DNA of 64,000 bases from Mobula hypostoma (taxonomy: Eukaryota): NCBI RefSeq assembly GCF_963921235.1, contig NC_086097.1, forward strand, positions 235,602,001 to 235,666,000, read 5' to 3'. Positions within the stretch are counted from its first letter, which is position 1. The number at the start of each line of letters is the position of its first letter. This document shows, in pieces, positions 49,940 through 62,253 of this stretch. Both the position numbers and the translations under genes were made by a program. Under the pieces are notes generated by a model. That model was not told the origin of the DNA. It saw only the letters and a program-made list of their open reading frames with translations, and searched no databases.

Positions 49940-51165
49940 ATTATTGATTTGACTAAACACATTGATGAAGGAAGAGTGGTAGATGTAGTGTATATGGATT
50001 TAAACAAGGCATTTGATAAGGTACCCCATGCAAGGCTTATAGAGGAATTAAGGAGACATGGCATACAAGGGGGCATTGCTTTGTGGATCCAGAACTGGCT
50101 TGCCCACAGAAGACAAAGAGTGTTTGTAGACGGGTCATATTCTGCATGGAGGTCGGTGACCAGTGGTGTGCCTTAGGGATCTGTTCTGGGACCCTTACTC
50201 TTTGTTATTTTTATAAATGACCTGAATGAGGAAGTGGAGGGATGGGTTAGTAAGTTTGCTGATGACACAAAGGTTGGGGGTGTTGTGGATAGTGTGGAGG
50301 GCTGTCAGAGGTCACAGCAGGACATTGATAGGATGCAAAACTGGATGGAGAAGTGGCAGATGTTCAACCCAGATAAGTGTGGACTGGTTCATTTTAGTAG
50401 GTCAAATATGATGGCAGAATATAGTATTAATGGTAAGACTTGGCAGTGTGGAGGATCAGAGTGATCTTGGGGTCTGAGTCCATGGGACACTCAAAGCAAC
50501 TGTGCAGGTTGACTCTGTGGTTAAGAAGGCATGCGCTGTATTGGCCTTCATCAATCATGGAATTGAATTTAGGAGCCAAGAGGTAATTTGGCAGCTATAT
50601 AGGACCCTGGTCAGACCCCACTTGGAGTACTGAGCTCAGTTCTGGTCGCCTCACTACAGGAAGGATGTGGAAACCATAGAAAGGGTGCAGAGGAGATTTA
50701 CAAAGATGTTGCCTGGATTGGGGAGCATGCCTTATGAAACCAGGTTGAGTGAACTCGGCCTTTTCTCCCTGGAGCAATGGAGGATGAGAGGTGACCTGAT
50801 AGAGGTGTATAAGATGATGAGAGGCATTGATCATGTGGATAGACGGAGGCTTTTTCCCAGGGCTGAAATGGTTGCCACAAGAGGGCACAGGTTTAAGGTG
50901 CTTGGGAGTAGGTACAGAGGAGATGTCAGGAGTAATTTCTTTTACACAGAGTGGCGAGTGCGTGGAATGGGCTGCCGGCAACAGTGGTGGAGGCGGATAC
51001 GATAGGGTCTTTTAAGAGACTTTTGTACAGGTACATGGAGCTTAGAAAAATAGAGGGCTATGGGTAAGCCTAGTACTTTCTCAGGGAGTGACAAGTTCGG
51101 CACAACTTTGTGGGCCGAAGGGCCTGTATTGAGCTGTAGGTTTTCTATGTTTCTATGTTCTATGT
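49940..51165 (+). mobile_element. 5'-truncated CR1
   Basis: VDVVYMDLNKAFDKVPH and KFADDTK motifs; (ttctatg)n tail. Confidence 0.92.
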
Positions 51166-51189
51166 TAAGTAGGCACAAGGGTCATAAAA

Positions 51190-51830
51190 GAAGCTTTTGG
51201 CACATTGGCCCTCAAAATTCAAAGTATTGTGTCCGGGGATGGGCCGTTATGTTGAAGTTGTGTAAGATATTGATGAGGGCTAATTCCAAGTATTTTCTGC
51301 AGTTTAGGTCACCTACCTATAGGAAAGATGTAAATAAGATTGAAAGAGTACAGGGCAAATTTACAACTATTTTGCTGTGTCTGAAGGACCTGTGATATAA
51401 GGAAAGAATGACTAGGTTTAGACTTTAATCCTTAGAGGTGGAAGATTAAGAGGAGACTTGATAGAGCTATACAAAATTACGAGGGGTATAGATAGAGTAA
51501 ATGCAAGCAGACTTTTTCCATTGAGGTTGGGTGGGACTATAACCAGAGGTCATGGGTTAAGGGTGAAAAATGAAAAGTGAAAAGTGAACATGAGGGAAAA
51601 CTTCTTAACTCTGATTCTGGAACTAGCTGTGGCATAGTGGTGCGTGGGAGCTTTATTTCAAGGTTTAAATGAAGTTTGGATAGGTACATGGATGGTAGGG
51701 ACATGTAGGGCTATGTTCTTGGTGCAGATCGATGAGTGTAGCAGTTTAAATGGTTTAGGCATAGATTAGATGGGCCGATGGGCCTGTTTCTGTGCAGTAC
51801 CTTTCTGTGACTGTATGACTCTGTGACTTA
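51190..51830 (+). mobile_element. Old CR1 3' fragment
   Basis: YRKDVNKIERVQGKFT motif; (tgactc) tail. Confidence 0.8.
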
Positions 51831-52274
51831 ATTATCGAAAAAGTATCTTTTCTAAAATTTTATTTTGATAAAGCAGATTGGAAATAGGTCTAAAATAGGT
51901 CTTGTGTTCAAGGACACAAGTGGACAATTTTAGCTGAGTAATTATTTCTCAAAGTTCAGGTAAACTTATTTTGGTAAAGAAGTTTATTTCACAGTGTGAG
52001 CTCTTTGAGATTCAACAAGATTTATTCTTGAGGTCAGCATTATGTCGTGTCTTATATTTTTATTATGTAAAATGCAGCAATACTCTCACTTTTAACCTCA
52101 GATACTTTCAGCAACCATTCTATCAATGGAGATGTGTTAAATAGATGATCAATAGTTGAAAACGGTACTCTTGAATTACCTACACTGTCATTGGTTTTTT
52201 TTTAGAGAAGTATAACTATCTCAAGACAAACAGTTGTGTTGTATTTAGTTATGCGTCCTCAGGATTTCGTAGTA

Positions 52275-52608
52275 AACTGTTAGTGATTTTGATCGTGGAA
52301 TGATTGTTGATGCCAATTGGGGTGATTTGAGTATCTCAGGAACTGCAAATTTCCTGGGATTTTCACACAAAATGCCTTGTTAATGCCAGACGTCAGAAGA
52401 GAATGGCCAGACTGGTTCAAGCTAACGGGAAGGTGACAGTAACTCAAATAACCTTGTATAACAACTGTGGTGTGGAGCCGAGCATCTCTGAACACACAAC
52501 ACATCAAAACTTGAGGTGAATGGTCAATGGCAGCAGATAAGCACAAGTATATGCTCAGTGGTCACTTTATTAGGTACAGAAAGAATTTAATAAAGTGGCC
52601 ATAAAGTG
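52275..52608 (+). mobile_element. Tc1 transposase N-terminal remnant plus a 57-bp Tc1 MITE
   Basis: DFDRGMIV...LSISGTANFLGFS and QKRMARLVQANGKVTVTQIT peptides. TA-flanked TIR pair ctcagtggtcactttattagg / ttaataaagtggccataaagtg at 52552-52608. Confidence 0.7.
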
Positions 52609-53020
52609 TATATAAAAATGAAATAAATAGAGGAAAAAAGAGCAAAGATACTGAGGAAGTGTTCACGAGTTCATTGTTCATTTAGAAATCTGATGGCAGG
52701 GTGGAAGAAGCTGTTCCTAAAATGTTGAGTGTGAGTCTTCAGGCTCCTGTAACTCCTCGCTGATGATGGTAATGAGAAGTGGGCATGTCATGGGTGGTGG
52801 GGTTCCTTAATGGATGTCCCTCTTCTGAGATATTACCTTCTGAAGATGTCCTCAGTGGTGAGGAGGCTAGTGACCAGGATGGAACTCTTGATGGAGGGAA
52901 ATAAACAGACATTTTGGGCCAAGGCATCGACTGTTTATTTCCCTCCATGGATCTGCCTGACTTGCTGAGATCCTCCAGCACTTTGTGAGTGGACTCTTGT
53001 ACCACTCTTTCACTTTTACT

Positions 53021-53034
53021 GCTCCATCTGGTGG
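53021..53034 (-). promoter_or_regulatory. CTCF-like site
   Basis: The - strand reads CCACCAGATGGAGC, one mismatch from consensus. Confidence 0.3.
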
Positions 53035-53069
53035 TCACCCATTGCTTTTGTGCCTGTGCAGATTATGGT

Positions 53070-54465
53070 AACACTCACAACATGCTGGAGGAACTCAGTA
53101 GATGGGGCAGCATCAGTGGAAACGATGAGTCGACATTTCCGGCCGGAACCTTTCGTCAGGACCGAAGAAAGAAGGTGGGGGAGGGTTGGGAGAAGGCTGG
53201 TAGGTTCAGCTGAAAAACCAGTATCTTGAAAGACAAAGGGGTGGGGGAGGAGAAGCAGGGAGGTGATGGGCAGGAAAACAATGGGTAATAGAAGAAGAAG
53301 GCGGAACCATGAGGGAAGTGATAGGTAGCTGGGGGAGGGGGCAGAGTGAAATAGGGATAGAGGAAGGGAGGGGGAGAGAATTACTGGAAGTTGGAGAATT
53401 CTATGTTCATACCAAGGGGCTGGAGACTACCTAGACGGTATATGAGGTGTTGCTCCTCCAACCTGAGTTTAGCCTCATCATGGCAGTAGAGGAGGCCATG
53501 AATGGACATATCTGAATGGGAATGGGAAGCAGAGTTGGTGGGTGGCTACCAGGAGATCCTGTCTGTCATGGCGGACGGAGTGGAGGTGCTCGACGAAGCG
53601 GTCCCCCAATCTGCATCGGGTTTCACCGATGTAGAGGAGGCCGCACTAGGAGCACTGGGTGCAATAGATGACCTCAACAGACTCACAAGTGAAGTGTTGC
53701 CTCACCTGGAAGGACTGTTTGGGGCCCTGAATGGTGGCAAGAGAGGAGATGTAGTGATAGGTGTAGCACTAATGCTTACAGGGATAAGTGCCGGGTGGGA
53801 GATCTGTGGGGATGGACGTGCAGATAAGGGAGTCATGGAGGGACCGATCCTTGCAGAAAGCGGAGAGGGGTGGAGAAGGAAAGATGTGCTTAGTGGTGGG
53901 GTCCTGTTGAAGGTGGCGGAAGTTGCGGAGGATAATGTGCTGGATCCGGAGGCTGGTGGGGTGGTAGGTAAGGACAAGGGGAACTCTGTCCCTGTTGTGG
54001 TTGCGGGAGGATGGGGTGAGAGCCATGATGAGGCTAAACTCAGGTTGGAGGAGCAACACCTCATATACCGTCTAGGTAGTCTCCAGCCCCTTGGTATGAA
54101 TATAGAATTCTCCAGCTTCCGGTAATTCCCTCCCCCTCCCTTCCTCTATTTCACTCTGCCCCCTTCCCCAGCTGCCCATCACCTCCCTCGTGGTTCCGCC
54201 TCCTTCTTCTACCACCAATTGTTTTCCTGCCTATCACCTCCCTGCTTCCCCTCCCTCACCCCTTTGTCTTTCAAATTACTGGTTTTTCAACTGAACCTAC
54301 CAGCCTTCTTCCAACCCTCCCCTACCTTCTTTCTTCGGTCCTGATGAAGGGTTCTGGCCGGAAACGTCGACTCATCATTTCCATTGGTGCTGCCCGGCCT
54401 GCTGAGTTCCTCCAGCGTGTTGTGAGTGTTGCTTTGATCCCAGCATCTGCAGATTATTTTGTGTT
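53070..54465. mobile_element. Palindromic Penelope-like insertion with GIY-YIG endonuclease remnant
   Basis: Arms 53070-53484 / 54022-54430. The spacer (- strand) encodes RVPLVLTYHP...VIYCTQCS*CGLLYIGETRCRLGDRFVEHL. Hammerhead-like cores in both arms; imperfect 11-bp TSD. Confidence 0.92.
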
Positions 54466-54639
54466 CATATTGTGGTCTGATCAGCTTGCTGGACATGATA
54501 CCCTCAGTATCACGAACGTTGCCTGGCTACACCGTTGGCCGCACTATGAGAACAGTCAATGGATGCAGTTGGAAACGCTTTCTGCACACGGGGTCACCAG
54601 TGTCCCTTGTTCTCCACAGACTGAAAAAAAATTTGGTTA

Positions 54640-55505
54640 TAAACTTGGAGACTGGGCAAGAAAGTGGCAAATGAGAAGCAAAGTTAGAAAATCCATGGTT
54701 ACGCATTTTGGTAAACAAATAAATGTGCAGATTATTTTCTAAATAGGGAGAAGATCCAAAAATCTGAGATGCAAATAGATTTGTGTGTCCTTGTGCAGAA
54801 CCCTCTAAAGGTTAACTTGCAGGTTGAGTCAGTGGTGAGGAAGGCAAATGCAGTGTTAGCATTCATTTCAAGAGGTCTACAATACAAGAGCAGGGGTGTG
54901 ATGCTAAAGCTTTTTAAGGCACTGTTGAGACCTCACCTAAGTGTTGTGAGCAGTTTGGGCTCCTTATCTAAGAAAAAATGTGTTTGCATTGGAAAAGCTT
55001 CAGAAGAGGTTTACAAGGATGATTCCAGGAATGAAAGGGTTATCATATGAGGAACATTTGATGGCTCTCAGCCGGTATTCACTGGAATTCAGAAAGATGA
55101 GGGGTGATGTCATTGAAACCTTTCGAATGTTGAAAGGCCTAGACTGAGTAGATGTAGAAAGAATGGTTCCCATGGTGGGGGAGTCTAGGACAAGAGCATC
55201 CAGCCATCAGGATAGAGGAGCATTCATTTAAAACAGAGATGTGGAGAAATTTCTTTAGCCAGAGGGCGGTGAAATTGTGGAATTTGTTGCTATGGAGAGC
55301 TGTGGAGGCCAGGTCATTGGCTGTATTTAAGGCAGAGATTGATAGGTTCTTGATTGGCCATGGCATCAAAGGTTACGGGGAGAAGTCCTGGGAGTAGAGC
55401 TGGGGGGTGGGCAAATAAAGGATCAGAAATGATTGAATGGAGAAGACTCAATGGACAAAATGCCCTAATTCTGCTCCTATGTCTTATGGCCTTAAGGTCT
55501 TATGA
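54640..55505 (+). mobile_element. CR1 3' fragment
   Basis: LKVNLQVESVVRKANAVLAFISRG motif and 3' UTR. Confidence 0.88.
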
Positions 55506-55879
55506 GTCTGCAAGTGAGGAAGTTGAGGAACCTACTGCACAAAGGATGTATTGATGCCAAGTCCTAGGAGCCTATTGATTAGTTTTGTAGAGATGATGGT
55601 ATTGAATGCTGAGGTGTAGTTGACAAAGAGCATCATGTTGTATGCTGTTCAGATGTTCCAGGTTTGAGTGGAGAGCCAATGAGTTGGCATCTGCTGTGGA
55701 CCTGTTGCTTCAGTAGACAAATTGGAGCAGATCTAAGTCTCTCTTCAGGCAGGAGTTAAGTTTCATTACCAACTTCTCAAAACACTTAACCACAGTGGAT
55801 GCAAGTTACCACGGCGAAGCAGAAAGCACACAACTGTTTTTTCTATTACGCCAAATGTCCCAGAGGCTGTAAATCCTTG

Positions 55880-56560
55880 GGTCTGGTCTTATTGGTATTA
55901 TAGAATGGATGAGTTTGAATTTCCTTTAACAAACTAGGAAAAAGCAGAAATTTTGGTTATTGGTAGGAATAAAAGGAGTGTGAATCTTAGAAATAAACTT
56001 TATCATCTGGCCTTACAAATCATGCATTGGTGAAGAAATTAGCTTTTATTATTGACTTTGAGTTACATTTCAAATCACATATTAGCAACATTACTAAGAC
56101 CGCGTTCTTACGTTTGAGGAATATTTTAAGAGTTCCAATTTTTTGGAATATCACAAGATGCAGAGAAATTGATAAACACTTTTGTTTTTAGCCAATTAGA
56201 CTACTGAAATGCACTTTTCAGGGCTGCCTAAGAAAGATATAAATCAGTGGCAGCTTGTTCAAAATGCAGCAGCAAGAATCTTAACCAAAAAAGAAAGAAA
56301 CTATGAGCACACTTCACCAGTTCTGGCATCGTTACACTGGCTGCCTGTGTCTTTTAGGATCAATTTTAAAACATTCTTATTTGTATATAAGGTTCTGAAT
56401 AATCTAGCTCCCCACTATATTTTGGAGTGTCTATCCCCTTACATCCCTAATAGTAATCTTAGATCAACAAATACTGGTTTGCTTAGTGTTCCTAGAGCCA
56501 AGCATATAAGAACTGGTGATCCAGATTTCAGATTCTGTTTTCAGGTCTCTAAAATGGGAT
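55880..56560 (+). mobile_element. L2 LINE C-terminal fragment
   Basis: QLVQNAAARILT...EHTSPVLASLHWLPVSFRINFK. Confidence 0.85.
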
Positions 56561-56689
56561 TAGTGACTTAGTGGCTTGAATCCTATGTCCAAGCTAAAAA
56601 GGATAGAGGATGCTGAGTTCAAAAGGTACTAATTACGGTGGAATAGTTAAGCCAAAATTTATATGAAATTGTAGTAAACAGTATCAGTA

Positions 56690-59420
56690 AATTTCCAGGT
56701 GACACCAAAATTGAGGGTGAACTGGTGAGTGAGGAGGGCTATTAAATCTTGCAGCAGGATCTAGACCAGCTGGTGAAATGGGCTGAAAAATGGCAAATGG
56801 AATTTAATGCAAACAAATGTGAGGTGTTGTACTTTGCGAGGACAAACCAGGGTAGGACTTGCACAGTGAACTGTAGGAAACTGAGAAGTAGAGGGATCTA
56901 GGACACTGGTAGAACAGAGGGATTTGGGAATACAGAACTATAATTCCTTGAAAATGGCATCACAGGTAGATTAGGGTTGTAAAGAGAGCTTTTGGCATAT
57001 TGGCCATCATAAATCAAAGTATTGAGTACAGCAGTTGGGGTGTTATGTTGAAGTTGTATAAAACCTTGGTGAGCCATGATCTGGAGTACTGTGTACATTT
57101 CTGGTCAGCTACTTACAGGAAAGATATCAATAGAATTGAAAGAGTACAGAAAAAAATTTACAAGGGTGTTGCCGGGACTTGAGGACCTGAGTTATAGCAA
57201 AGGACGGAATAGGTAAGGATTTTATTCTCTGAAGTGTAGGAGAATGAGGGGAGATTTGATACAGGTATATTAAACTATGAGGGGTACAGATAGGGTAAAT
57301 GCAAGTGGACTTTTGTCATGCACTTTGGTAGAAGAAATGAAAGAGTTGTCTATTTTCTAAATAGAGAGAAAATACAAAAAATAACTGAGGAGCAAATGGA
57401 CTTGGGGTCCTTGTATAGCATTCCCTAAAGGTTAATTTGCAGGTTGAAATGAAGTAATTTATAATAATTTATAATAAATAGAACAGTCAATGTAATATAT
57501 TGTACACTCAAACCAGCGTGAGTTTATCAGTTTAATGGCCTGGTGGAAGAAGCTGTCCCAGAGCCTGTTGGTCCTGGGTTTTATGTTGCGGAACCGCTTC
57601 CTGAATGGTAGCAGCTGGAATAGATTGTGGTTGGGATGGCTTAGTTCCCCAACGATCCTACAGGCCCTTTTTACACACCTGTCCTTGCAAATGTCCTGAA
57701 GCATGGGAAGTTCACAACTACAGATGCGCTGGGCTGTCTGCATCACACTACAGAGTCCTGCGATTAAGGGAGGTACAGTTCCCATACCAGGCAGTGATGC
57801 AGCCAGTCAGGATGCTCTCAATTGTGCAACTGTAGAAAGTTCTTAGGATTTGGGGGCCCATACCAAACTTTCTCAACCGTCTGAGGTGAAAGAGGTGCTG
57901 TTGTGCCTTTTTCACCACACAGCTGGTGTGCACAGACCACGTGAGGTCCTCGGTGATGTGGATCCCAAAGAACTGTGGTAAGGATAACGAATGCAATGTT
58001 AGAATTAATTTCAAGAGGACTAGAATATAAAAGCAAGGATGTAATATTGAGACTTTATAAAGGACTAGTGAGGCTTCACAGAGTATTTTGAGCAGTTTTG
58101 TGCCTTTTGAAAGAATGTGCAGAAACTGAAGAGGGTTCAAAAGTGGTTCACGAAAATGATTCCAGAATTGAAAGGCTTGCCACATGAAAAGTGTTTGATG
58201 GCTCTGGGCCTGTATTCACTAGAATTCAGAGAGAAGAATGAGGGTGATCTAATTGATACCTATTGAATGGTGTGAAAGGCCTTGATAGACTGGATGTGAA
58301 GAGGATGTTTTCAATGGTGGGCGAACCTAACACCAGAGGACACAGCCTCAGAATAGAGGCATGTCCTTTTAGAAAGGAGAAAATTAGCAATTTCTTTAGC
58401 CAGAGAGTGGTGAATCTGCGGAATTCTTTGCCACAGGCAGCTGTGGAGGCCGAGTCTTTTTGTATATTTAAGACAGTTGTTGATAGATTCTTGATTGGTC
58501 TAAGCATGAAGGGACACTGGGGTCTAAGACAAGAGATTGGGGCTGAGAGGGAAAATGGATCAGCCATGATGCAATGGTGGGGCAGGCTCGATGGGCCAGA
58601 TGGCCTGTTTGTGCTCCTATGTCTTATGGTACTATAGTCTTATGGAAATAATTGTTACTGCAGATCTGATGCAGCACAAATAAAAAATATGATATGATAG
58701 GAAACAATAATAATAATAATAAAGCACAATAAATAGAAATACATAAGATAACTTACATACATAGATTGATTGTATGTCCATCAAGTGACAGTAGGTGCAG
58801 GAGTGTCTGTACATAAGGTGACTGATTGGGGAATGTAACTGTTTTTGGTTTTAGTGGTCTTGGCATCGATGCTGCCTAGCCTCCTCCCTGATGGGAGAGG
58901 GACTGTGAGCAGGGTGGTGGGATCCTTCATGATGTAACTGGTCCTTTTCTATAGGTAGGCCCTTGATGGCAGGTAGCCTGGTTCCTATGATGTGTTGTGC
59001 AGCTTTGACTACCCGTTGTTGAGACATCCTGTCTGACGCAGTGCAGTTTCCGCTCTGCGCAGTGATACAGCTTGTTAGGGTGCTCTCCACTGCGCATCTG
59101 TAGAATGAATGTGAGTATGGATGTACAAAGTTCAGCTCTCTTCAGACTCCTCAGAAAGTAGAGACATTGGTAAGTTTTATGGAATGTGTAGGATGTGATT
59201 TGGGACCATGAGAGAGTGCACTCTCCAGAGTTTGAAACTGCTCGCAGTTTCCACTGTTGTGCTGTTGATGTAAAGTCAATAACCATCTTCTTTGACTTGT
59301 TGAATTGAGAAAGAGGTTTTTTGCCTGGCACCAGATCTCAAGCTCTCCCATCTTGTCTCTATACACTGTCTCAGTGTTGTAGGTGATGAGCCCCACCACT
59401 GTTGTATCATCAGTGAACCT
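56690..59420. mobile_element. Interleaved CR1 (+; 56690-57310, 57975-58640) and Rex1/Babar (-; 57455-57965, 58650-59420) fragments
   Basis: CR1 QRVVNLRNSLPQ motif; Rex1 GIHITEDLTWS..T..VVKKAQQ.L..LRRLRKF and IESILTGCITAWYG motifs. Confidence 0.8.
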
Positions 59421-59959
59421 GACACCAACTACTTTGAGATACCCTACAAAGATGAGGTGGGAGAGCTTGAGATCAAGTGTTAGACCATGCAGTCATATGT
59501 GAGCAGACTTTACTGCAATAGGCTCGGCACATAGCTCTGGAGAGCACCCATATTGAGGATGATGGTGAGGGTGTGGGTTAGGAAGTCCAACACCCAGTTC
59601 CACAGTGGTGTATTTAAACTGAGAAATATGAGTTTGTTCACTGAGGTCTGTGGAGCAATAGTGTTTTATGTTGAACTGCAATCCAGAAACAGAATTTAAA
59701 TATAGAAGTCCAAAAGCTGTTGGCAAAGTCATTCTTTAATTGCACTTCAGACTGTGAATGAAGCTATAGAGATTCCTCACAGTCAAGCGAAAGGGAAATG
59801 ACTTAGTGCTTGTGTATTGAGTTCTTCTACGTTGATTTCAAAAGAAACTCCTGCAAAGAGCAATAGTAATTAAGTGTACTTTTAGAAGATTTTTAAAAGA
59901 TATTTGTTTTTTTTTAAGATGTCCTTCAAAAAATCTCATTTAATTCTCTTCTTTTCAGT

Positions 59960-60240
59960 GCAGTGCAGTAGCAAAGCATTTAATGCAATTGATTTACAGG
60001 GCCAATGATCATCAATTGGGACAGTGCCTTTAGTTATGTGTTTGCTCCGGGTGTTCCGATTTTGTCCTACATTCTGAAGATGTATGATTAGTGTTAGGGT
60101 TCATAAGTGTGTGTATGCTATGTTGGCACCAGAAGCATGGTGACACATGTGGGTTGCCCCCAGCACAATCCTTGCTGATTTGATCTGATGTATTTCTCTG
60201 TATGTTTTGATGTTTCGAAATACATGTGTCAAATAAATCT
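59960..60240 (+). mobile_element. Degraded V-SINE
   Basis: 'tttgctccgggtgttccgattttgtcctacattctgaagatgt' V-domain-like core; AATAAA tail. Confidence 0.55.
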
Positions 60241-60682
60241 AATTTTTAATTTTCTTTTATTTGTCCTTATGACATTTTTTTCTTAAATGTTTCAATTGAT
60301 TTATGATCAATATTTTAATACCATTAATAATTTAAAAGGGCTTTTGTATGTTCCTCACTGACAGAAAAAAATGTTTCAGACAGTGTGAACAGGAGGAAGT
60401 CTGCAGATGCTGGACATTCAAAGCAAGACACTCAAAATGCTGGAGGAATCTATGGAAGTGAATAAACATTCGGCATTCTGGGCCAAGATCCTTCTTCATG
60501 ATAGTTATGACAGCCAGCTAAGCTGGGATATGGAGGGGGTGGAAGCATGGCCTGACAATCATGATATCTGTTGTCAGGATGTATTTTTTTCTGCACCCAA
60601 CTACCGACTTACCTCTACCTATTTACAGTTGAAGTCAGAAGTTTACATACACCTTAGCCAAATACACTTAAACTCAATTTAA

Positions 60683-61068
60683 GTGTATCTCCTCGACCCA
60701 CCACCTGGGACCAACCACGGTAGTCGACCAGGGCTCCACATGAGTCTGTCCTCGTCTCCTCTCCTCGCCGAAGACCCTGGGCCTTGGACTCCCGCTCGAG
60801 GTCCGTTCCATCATCCAGCCTACAGCACCACGTCTCCTCCCTCTGTCCCCATCATACCTTCTGCCCCAAAGCCTGCGAAAACTATAGCTTACAGACACAC
60901 AGGAAAGAATAACATCTATCCCAATTGGTTAGCAAATGAATACAATTCTCATTATCAGTAATATAACCCAAACAAGCTGCTATAGAGAAGCACTTTCTCA
61001 GCAGTTAACATAACAAAGAAGCCATTTTTATTAGCCTTAGCAGTAACATAAAAGAAGAAACCCCTTAT
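60683..61068. mobile_element. LTR fragment inside the SB-like element
   Basis: Shares 'aaagcctgcgaaaac...gaaagaataacat...ataacccaaac...ctcagcagttaacat' with 13164-13676 and 'cctgggaccaaccacggt' with about 45530. Confidence 0.7.
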
Positions 61069-61291
61069 ATTAGGGTATTTGGTAGCATTGCCTTTAAATT
61101 GTTTATCTTGGGTCAAACATTTCGGATAGCCTTCCACAAGCTTCTCACAGTAAGTTGCTGGAATTTTGTTCCATTCCTCCAGACAGAACTGCTGTAACTG
61201 AGTCAGGTTTGTAGACCTCCGTGCTTGCACACGCTTTTTCAGTTCTGCCCACAAATTTTCTATCAGATTGAGTTCTGAAAATGATGTCAGG

Positions 61292-62253
61292 TCTGGTTCG
61301 TCCTTGGGAGCAATTTCCAAATGCCTGAAGGTACCACGTTCATCTGTACAAACAATAGTACGCAAGTATAAACACCATGGGACCACGTAGCCGTCATACC
61401 GCTCAGGAAGGAGACGTATTCTGTCTCCTAGAGATGAACGTACTTTGGCGCGAAAAGTGCAAATCAATCCCAGAACAACAGCAAGGGACCTTGTGAAGAT
61501 GCTGGAGGAAACAGGTAGACAAGTATCTATATCCACAGTAAAACGAGTCCTATATCGACATAACCTGAAAGGCTGCTCAGCAAGGAAGAAGCTACTGCTC
61601 CAAAACCACCATAAAAAAGCCAGACTACAGTTTGCAAGTGCACATGGGGACAAAGATCTTACTTTCTGGAGAAATGTCCTCTGGTCTGATGAAACAAAGA
61701 TTGAACTGTTTGGCCATAATGACCATCATTATGTTTGGAGGAAAAAGGGTGAGGCTTGCAAACCGAAGAACACCATCTCAACTGTGAAGCATGGGGGTGG
61801 CAGCATCATGTTGTGGGGGTGCTTTGCTGCAGGAGGGACTGGTGCACTTCACAAAATAGATGACATCATGAGGGAGGAAAATTATGTGGATATATTGAAG
61901 CAACATCTCAAGACATCAGCCAGGAAATTAAAGCTCCATCGCAAATGGGTCTTCCAAATGGACAATGACCCCAAGCATACCTCCAAAGTTGTGACAAATT
62001 GCTTAAGGACAATAAAGTCAAGGTATTGGAGTGGCCATCACAAAGCCCTGACCTCAATCCGATAGAAAATTTGTGGGCAGAACTGAAAAACCATGTGTGA
62101 GCAAGGAGGCCTACAAACCTGACTCAGTTACACCAGTTCTGTCTGGAGGAATGGAACAAAATTCCAGCAACTTACTGTGAGGAGCTTGTCAAAGGCTATC
62201 CAAAATGTTTGACCCAGGTTAAACAATTTAAAGGCAATGCTACCAAATACTAA
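61292..62253 (+). pseudogene. SB-type DD34E transposase pseudogene
   Basis: SGSSLGAISKCLKVPRSSVQTIVRKYK...WSDETKIELFG...MDNDPKH...NPIEN...KGNATKY*. Lesions: TAG 61388, 1-nt frameshift near 61997, TGA 62098; about the first 20 codons are missing. Confidence 0.93.

Noticed and set aside
53502..54125. 207-aa + strand ORF
   Set aside because: Antisense of the PLE ORF fused at the inversion junction to the true PLE C-terminus; not an independent gene.
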